Source: a virus (Duplodnaviria > Caudoviricetes). Taken from it: DNA of 60,791 nucleotides. The stretch spans positions 1 to 60,791 of IMG/VR virus record IMGVR_UViG_3300023313_000007; one strand, 5' to 3'. This document shows positions 55,723-60,791 of this stretch, piece by piece. The position numbers and the translations under genes were made by a program. The notes below the pieces were generated by a model. That model saw only the letters and a list, made by a program, of their open reading frames with translations. It was not told where the DNA came from and searched no databases. Within the stretch, counting starts at the first letter, position 1; every line of letters begins with the position of its first letter.

Positions 55723-56024
55723 ACCACGCAGAAAACACAGCAGTAAAATATCGTTTGGCATTTCCCTATCCAATGGCTCTATGCCAAGATTACACTATCC
55801 AACAATATTCAGAGTTCGAGGGTGTAGCGTCTTATACCGAGTGGCTCAACTCTGTAAAAGAATGCTTACGCACTATCGACAAGCCTATTCAAATGGACGC
55901 TAAGCGTCTTAATCGTAACAAACTTGCAGTATCATTACATAAGCTAGTATCTGAGTTACCAGCATATACAGATGAGGAAGTTATTGAGGCTCTTAATAGT
56001 ATTATTGATGGGGGAGAGCTATGA
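55719..56024 (+). CDS. Hypothetical protein
   Basis: GGAGG SD; coupled ORF. Confidence 0.55.
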   Translation: MNHAENTAVKYRLAFPYPMALCQDYTIQQYSEFEGVASYTEWLNSVKECLRTIDKPIQMDAKRLNRNKLAVSLHKLVSELPAYTDEEVIEALNSIIDGGEL

Positions 56025-56377
56025 ATAAAGAATACCACAAAGCAAAGATTAAGTTCCACTTAGAGAGGATAGCCAAGCATGAGAGAGAGCTTAGAGAATT
56101 AGCTAATAGACGACAGACCACACCCTATCAATCCAAACTAGCCACAGAGGATTTAACCTCTACACCGAAACGAGACCCATACAAAAGCATGTGTAAAAAA
56201 TGCGGAGGGGTTATGGCAAAAGCCTCTTACATTAAAAATACGCCTATACAAGGTTTGGATGATTTTATAGGACAAGATACCACAAATACTAGAGGGCAGA
56301 CCATGCACTATGGAGGTGGAGGCACATTGATTAAGGATGGTATGAAGTGCATACTTTGTGGTTGGAGTACGACATGA
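56021..56377 (+). CDS. Hypothetical protein with C-terminal Zn ribbon
   Basis: CKKCGG...KCILCG. Confidence 0.55.
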   Translation: MNKEYHKAKIKFHLERIAKHERELRELANRRQTTPYQSKLATEDLTSTPKRDPYKSMCKKCGGVMAKASYIKNTPIQGLDDFIGQDTTNTRGQTMHYGGGGTLIKDGMKCILCGWSTT

Positions 56378-56556
56378 CTATAGTTCAGATTGATTATGTA
56401 AAATTTTATGCAATGAGCCAAGAAGACATCTTAGTGTATCTACAGGAGCGAGGGTTTGATGTGGAATTAGACTTCCTAGCCCACCTAGATGAGCAACATA
56501 GAGTTATGGTGTACTCCCAAGAACCACAACATTATGAGGTACCCACTGATGATTGA
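56374..56556 (+). CDS. Hypothetical protein
   Basis: GGAG SD, ATGA overlap. Confidence 0.5.
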   Translation: MTIVQIDYVKFYAMSQEDILVYLQERGFDVELDFLAHLDEQHRVMVYSQEPQHYEVPTDD

Positions 56557-56701
56557 AAATAAAAGAGTATCTGCACGAGCCAATGCCGTCATACATTGGG
56601 CAAAAGAATGGAGCCTTGAATACCCCCAAGCATTAGTTAAATTTAATGCGCAAGATAAGAAATGGGTAAAAAAGCAGGTAAATAGATTTCTGGGAAAGTG
56701 A
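56549..56701 (+). CDS. Hypothetical protein
   Basis: GAGG SD; coupled ORF. Confidence 0.45.
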   Translation: MIENKRVSARANAVIHWAKEWSLEYPQALVKFNAQDKKWVKKQVNRFLGK

Positions 56702-56776
56702 CATGGCCAGACTTAGTTTTCCCCCCTATAAATCTTTTGAATTTACCTAGAGGAGACAGACCTCATAAATATAGGG

Positions 56777-56805
56777 TTGACAAATGATGTTAAACCCTAT
56801 ACCAT
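56777..56805 (+). promoter_or_regulatory. sigma70-type promoter overlapped by an inverted repeat
   Basis: TTGACA-17 nt-TACCAT; ATAGGGTT...AACCCTAT brackets the -35/spacer. Confidence 0.65.
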
Positions 56806-56833
56806 ATCGCACTATAACACGGAGGTAGCACCT

Positions 56834-57259
56834 ATGAGCACTACAACTACTATGAAAGAAGTACAGGTATCTTGCGATACCCCTACAATGCAGACCCTTG
56901 TAGATTCCTACGGGGATATTTCTACGATTATCAAAGCCCATGAGAAGGATAAAGATTATGTAACTGCTAAAGCGGCACTAAAGACTGTAAAGGAGGATAT
57001 TCTTAAAACCCTAACTGTTCAAGATTCAGAACAAGCGGTTCTAAGTGGAGAAGAACACTCCCTAAAGATTGGGGCAAAGACCAAGGTTAGAAAAGTATCA
57101 GATATTTATAAAATTAAGGCTATGCTAGGAGAACAGGCATTTATGTCTTTGGTATCCCTAAAACTAGGAGACTTGGACGATTACCTAACCCCAGAGCAGC
57201 GAGCAGAGGTATTAACAGAGTCATTCTCTGGAGCTAGAAAGATTACAGTAGTATCTTAA
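56834..57259 (+). CDS. Hypothetical protein
   Basis: GGAGG SD before ATG 56834. Confidence 0.6.
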   Translation: MSTTTTMKEVQVSCDTPTMQTLVDSYGDISTIIKAHEKDKDYVTAKAALKTVKEDILKTLTVQDSEQAVLSGEEHSLKIGAKTKVRKVSDIYKIKAMLGEQAFMSLVSLKLGDLDDYLTPEQRAEVLTESFSGARKITVVS

Positions 57260-57263
57260 CTCT

Positions 57264-58229
57264 GTGGATATAAATAAAGTAAAACTTTTATACTCATTGT
57301 TAGGAAGCTCCCCCCCTACGATAAGGGGGGACTGGATAGTAGGAAACTGCGCTTTTGCTAAGTTTAGGCACTCTAGTGGGAAGGACTCAAACCCCTCCTT
57401 TGGGATAAAACTAGAGGCTTCTGGAGTACCTAGGTTTCACTGCTTTAGCTGTAATAGCAGTGGGGATATATTAGACTTAGCTATGGAGTTATCGACATTA
57501 TATAAAGGGGTAAAAACTACACTACCTCTAAAGGGCATAATGGAACTATGTACTGGAGCGGTAGATGATGTTGTATTAACAGAGTCCAGTGTCCCAGACT
57601 ATACCTTAGCCGTAAAAACACCTAAGATAGACTATGACTTCCCAGAATGGTGGCTTGATAGGTTTAGTAAGGTATTAGAGTCTGAACTAGCGTGCGCATA
57701 CCTAGAGACCAGAGAGATTACTGTAGCGGTAGCAGAGGAGTTAGATTTACGCTGGGATGACAGTCAGCGTAGAGTCTGTTTCCCCTATAGAAATTTAGAG
57801 GGACTACTTGTAGGTATGAATGGTAGAGCAATATCAAATACTGCTAAGTTAAGGTATTTTCAGTATTCCTATGAGAGTAATACTAATGTCCATGTTTGGT
57901 ATGGTGAGGATACTATGAATTTAGACACCCCTCTGGTCGTCACTGAATCGGTGTTTGATGCTGCTAGTATAAAAAGAGTGTACTCTAATGTTGTAGCTGC
58001 CTTCTCATGCTCCTTTAGCAAAGAAAAGGCATTAAAGTTAGGGGATGCCTTAGAGATTATAACCCTATTTGATACAGGTAAGGGGGGAGACATAGCTAGG
58101 GCTAATATGAAGAAGTATCTACCGAAGGTGGTAACTCACCAACTTATACCCTCAGCAGACGATGCAGGGGATATGACTGAAGATGCTGTAAGGGATATGT
58201 TAGAACCCTATCTAAAATTAAAAGATTAA
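57264..58229 (+). CDS. DNA primase (Zn finger plus TOPRIM)
   Basis: CAF..H..DSNPSF...FHCFSC; YLETREI; FPY...GRAI; TESVFDA; FD; DAGD. Confidence 0.85.
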   Translation: MDINKVKLLYSLLGSSPPTIRGDWIVGNCAFAKFRHSSGKDSNPSFGIKLEASGVPRFHCFSCNSSGDILDLAMELSTLYKGVKTTLPLKGIMELCTGAVDDVVLTESSVPDYTLAVKTPKIDYDFPEWWLDRFSKVLESELACAYLETREITVAVAEELDLRWDDSQRRVCFPYRNLEGLLVGMNGRAISNTAKLRYFQYSYESNTNVHVWYGEDTMNLDTPLVVTESVFDAASIKRVYSNVVAAFSCSFSKEKALKLGDALEIITLFDTGKGGDIARANMKKYLPKVVTHQLIPSADDAGDMTEDAVRDMLEPYLKLKD

Positions 58230-58233
58230 AAGT

Positions 58234-58262
58234 TTGACAATAGCGGTAACATTAGCTAAAGT
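58234..58262 (+). promoter_or_regulatory. sigma70-type promoter
   Basis: TTGACA-17 nt-TAAAGT; degenerate palindrome TTGCACT-AAC-ACTGCAA at 58271-58287 just downstream. Confidence 0.55.
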
Positions 58263-58344
58263 TTCACCACTTGCACTAACACTGCAAAATAAGCCAAATG
58301 ATTTTGGCATACAAGCTATATGATATAGCATAAGGAGTAGGAAG

Positions 58345-59037
58345 ATGGCAGTTTCATTTTTGAAGAAAGGGGCAGATGCCCAGAAGGTATTGGTTGCGGA
58401 ACAAGCAGCCCAAGATTTACGAGACAAGGATAAAGGAGCCTTTCGTTTTTGGATTCCCAAAGGGGCGGAAACTAGCGTCACTTTCTTGGATGGGGATTTA
58501 GACGAGAATGGACTACTGGATATTCCAGTTTTCTATGAACATAATTTAAAACTTAATGGTAAATGGGGCAATTTATTTGTTTGTACCAGAGATTCAGAAC
58601 CTTGCCCATTATGTGAGACAGGAAACACCCCGTCTTGCTGCGCAGCTTTAACAGTAATTGACCATTCTTCTTATGTGTCCAAGAAGGATAATAAGACCTA
58701 TGCAGATAATGTTAAACTTATGATTATTAAGTCTGGTACTCGTAAGGATTTACAGCGTCTAGCTGTAAAACGACAAGGACTAACAGGATGTACCTTTGAT
58801 GTGTCTCGTAAAAATGAGGACAAGTCACCTGCGGTGGGAGATTTATTCGACTTCAGCCAAAAACTAAGCCCAGAAGACTTAGAGGCTAAATGGGGAGATA
58901 AGTCTAAGCCCTTAGACTACGCAAAAGAGATTGTGTATATGGAGGCAGATGAAATTACTAAGTTATTAGGTATGGATAGCTCACCAGCAATGGCAAGTTC
59001 AGCTAACACCCCCACCTTTAACGATAACGACCTGTAA
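58345..59037 (+). CDS. Single-stranded DNA-binding protein (gp32-like)
   Basis: EH...C...CPLC Zn site, OB-like body, short acidic tail NDNDL; lies next to primase and helicase. Confidence 0.7.
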   Translation: MAVSFLKKGADAQKVLVAEQAAQDLRDKDKGAFRFWIPKGAETSVTFLDGDLDENGLLDIPVFYEHNLKLNGKWGNLFVCTRDSEPCPLCETGNTPSCCAALTVIDHSSYVSKKDNKTYADNVKLMIIKSGTRKDLQRLAVKRQGLTGCTFDVSRKNEDKSPAVGDLFDFSQKLSPEDLEAKWGDKSKPLDYAKEIVYMEADEITKLLGMDSSPAMASSANTPTFNDNDL

Positions 59038-59049
59038 TATAATCCTGTG

Positions 59050-59081
59050 GTTGTGGGGGGAATACTCCCCCACAACTTTAT
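59050..59081 (+). terminator. Hairpin / probable terminator
   Basis: GTTGTGGGGGG-AATA-CTCCCCCACAAC followed by TTTAT. Confidence 0.65.
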
Positions 59082-59102
59082 AAGAATACATGGAGGTATA
59101 TC

Positions 59103-60791
59103 TTGAATAGTAAGACCCCACTTTGGACTGGAGCATGTGCTGTATTTAAGGACACTAAAGCCTTAAGGGATAAACATACCCATATTTCAAGATTTGATGA
59201 TGCGTACACTAATTATAAAGTTAAAGATGGTAATATTTATTTACCTAGAGAGTCCTACCCTATGGGGGAGGATAAGAGATGCACAGGTATGCCTGTGTCC
59301 TACCCAGACCCATTACTAGGGGCTAGGAATAAAGAGCAGGAAAGGTTGTTAGCTGAGAGCTTAAAACTATTCGCAAAGGATGAATCTCATATTCTACAAG
59401 CCTCTACAGGCATTGGTAAGTGTCATGGGGTAGATACCCCTATCCTTATGTATGATGGAACCCTTAAGGTAGTACAGGACATTAGAAACGGGGATACCGT
59501 TATGGGAGCGCACTCTGACCTCAAAGTAGTTTCTGGAGTCACTACAGGAACAGAGAAGATGTACAAAGTTACCCCTACAACAGGAGACCCTTTTACTTGT
59601 AACTCCAGCCATATCCTAAGCCTAAAGTCCTTATCTTGCCCTGTAGAGAATAACACCCTTAATATTAGCCTAAAGGACTACCTAGATACTTCTGATAGTT
59701 TTAAGACAGACTGGAAGCTCTGGAGTACTGGGGTAGAATTTAGTCACAGTACTTCAACCCCTGCTGACCCCTATGCTTTAGGATTGTTACTAACAGGGTG
59801 CAAGACCCAGCACTGTACTCAGTTGTGTGGTACGGAGGTAGTATCTACAGCCTATGCCTACCTAAGCGAGCATACGGCCTCTACTGGGGGCATCCCCTAT
59901 GAATATAAGACCTCCACCAGAGAGACAAGGTTACAGGTACTAGCAGGTATTATTGATATGCTAGGAGCCCCTGTAGGATGCAGTTATACTGTCTATGTGC
60001 CAGACCCTATATTAGCCTCTGATATAGTATTTTTAAGTAGAAGCTTAGGATTATCTTGTGCTATTAGTGCAGCCACTATTACCCTAGATGGAGATGTACA
60101 AGAGATACCTACACTGCTTACCAGAACCCCCCACCTATCTGATGAAGAATACTCCACCACAGCCTTTAAAGTTACAGCTTTAGGAGAAGGGGAGTATTAT
60201 GGTTTTTGCGTACAAGGAGATGGGCTGTACCTATTAGGAGACTTCACCGTAACTCACAATACTTTTTTAGGTGTAACTATTGCTCAATCTTTAGGGTTAA
60301 AAACTCTAATAGTAGTGCCAAAACAAGATATTATGTATCAGTGGAGAGATGCCTGTAAGAAATTTTTAGGACTAAAATCTGAAGATATAGGGTATATACA
60401 GGCAGACACTTGTGATGTCCTAGGAAAGACTATTGTACTTGGGATGGTACACTCCTTATGTAAAGATAAGTACCCCTCACATATTAAAAGGGAATTTGGA
60501 TTAGTAGTCTATGATGAAATACAGGTTATGGGGGCTGAAGGGTTTAGCTCAGCCTGTGGAATGTATAACTCTAAGTACCGATTAGGGCTGTCTGCCACTC
60601 CTTATAGGTCAGATGGGAAAGAGCACATCTTTAAAGAGCATATTGGGGAGATAAAGGTTGTCAGCTCCTCCTTAACTCTAGTCCCTAAGATTATAACTAT
60701 GCCAAGCTCGTTTAAATTGCCTAGAAGGGTTAAAGAAGTTAGAGATAAGTTTACAGGCAGAATGACACGAGTACTAGCCCCTATCCCTGTA
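59103..60791 (+). CDS. SF2 DExD/H-box helicase, intein-containing, truncated by the window end (not in ORF track)
   Basis: TTG start after GGAGG; my translation gives QASTGIGK/T, LIVVP, VVYDEIQ and LGLSATPYRSDG, with no stop seen before the end. Confidence 0.88.
   Translation, partial: MNSKTPLWTGACAVFKDTKALRDKHTHISRFDDAYTNYKVKDGNIYLPRESYPMGEDKRCTGMPVSYPDPLLGARNKEQERLLAESLKLFAKDESHILQASTGIGKCHGVDTPILMYDGTLKVVQDIRNGDTVMGAHSDLKVVSGVTTGTEKMYKVTPTTGDPFTCNSSHILSLKSLSCPVENNTLNISLKDYLDTSDSFKTDWKLWSTGVEFSHSTSTPADPYALGLLLTGCKTQHCTQLCGTEVVSTAYAYLSEHTASTGGIPYEYKTSTRETRLQVLAGIIDMLGAPVGCSYTVYVPDPILASDIVFLSRSLGLSCAISAATITLDGDVQEIPTLLTRTPHLSDEEYSTTAFKVTALGEGEYYGFCVQGDGLYLLGDFTVTHNTFLGVTIAQSLGLKTLIVVPKQDIMYQWRDACKKFLGLKSEDIGYIQADTCDVLGKTIVLGMVHSLCKDKYPSHIKREFGLVVYDEIQVMGAEGFSSACGMYNSKYRLGLSATPYRSDGKEHIFKEHIGEIKVVSSSLTLVPKIITMPSSFKLPRRVKEVRDKFTGRMTRVLAPIPV
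59421..60260 (+). mobile_element. Cis intein (280 aa) with decayed LAGLIDADG domain
   Basis: CHGVDTPILMYDG; CNSSHILSL; YYGFCVQGDGLYLLGDFTVTHN/T; endonuclease motifs degraded to LGLLLTGC and LAGIIDMLG. Confidence 0.88.

Noticed and set aside
1-60791. Stop-codon reassignment suggested by frequent TAG trinucleotides
   Set aside because: Genes are full length and densely packed in the standard code, and TAG, TAA and TGA all end genes.
1-60791. tRNA genes, integrase/att sites, repressor switch
   Set aside because: No cloverleaf-like sequence, recombinase motifs or divergent gene pair was seen; lifestyle cannot be settled from an incomplete genome.

Overview
Most of the genome of a tailed dsDNA phage with siphovirus-type morphogenesis genes. 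The host is probably Gram-negative (spanin-type lipoprotein, CsrA-like gene). Every credible gene is on the + strand. Gene order: dUTPase, CsrA-like protein, a family A DNA polymerase encoded as two ORFs, head genes (portal, MuF/gp7, XkdF-like protease, scaffold, major capsid), a free-standing Hef-like endonuclease, neck/tail genes with a frameshifted chaperone and 1405-aa tape measure, a large fibre/appendage region holding two sulfotransferases, a lysis cassette, an initiator/loader/DnaB block, many small early genes, primase, SSB and a 3'-truncated SF2 helicase missing from the ORF track. No terminase, integrase, tRNA or CRISPR array was seen, so the genome is incomplete. Main highlights: (1) polA has an apparent naturally split intein plus a second cis intein whose stop-free linker hides a complete HNH homing endonuclease in the +1 frame; (2) four inteins in total, each in a different state (split, nested out-of-frame HNH, class 3 with intact LAGLIDADG, decayed LAGLIDADG); (3) two PAPS-dependent sulfotransferases among fibre genes next to a ~43-repeat QxGD filament protein, suggesting a virion-sulfation module; (4) a dispersed palindrome CTTGCACT-N3-AGTGCAAG. 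All calls come from recognising motifs by eye; no database searches were run.
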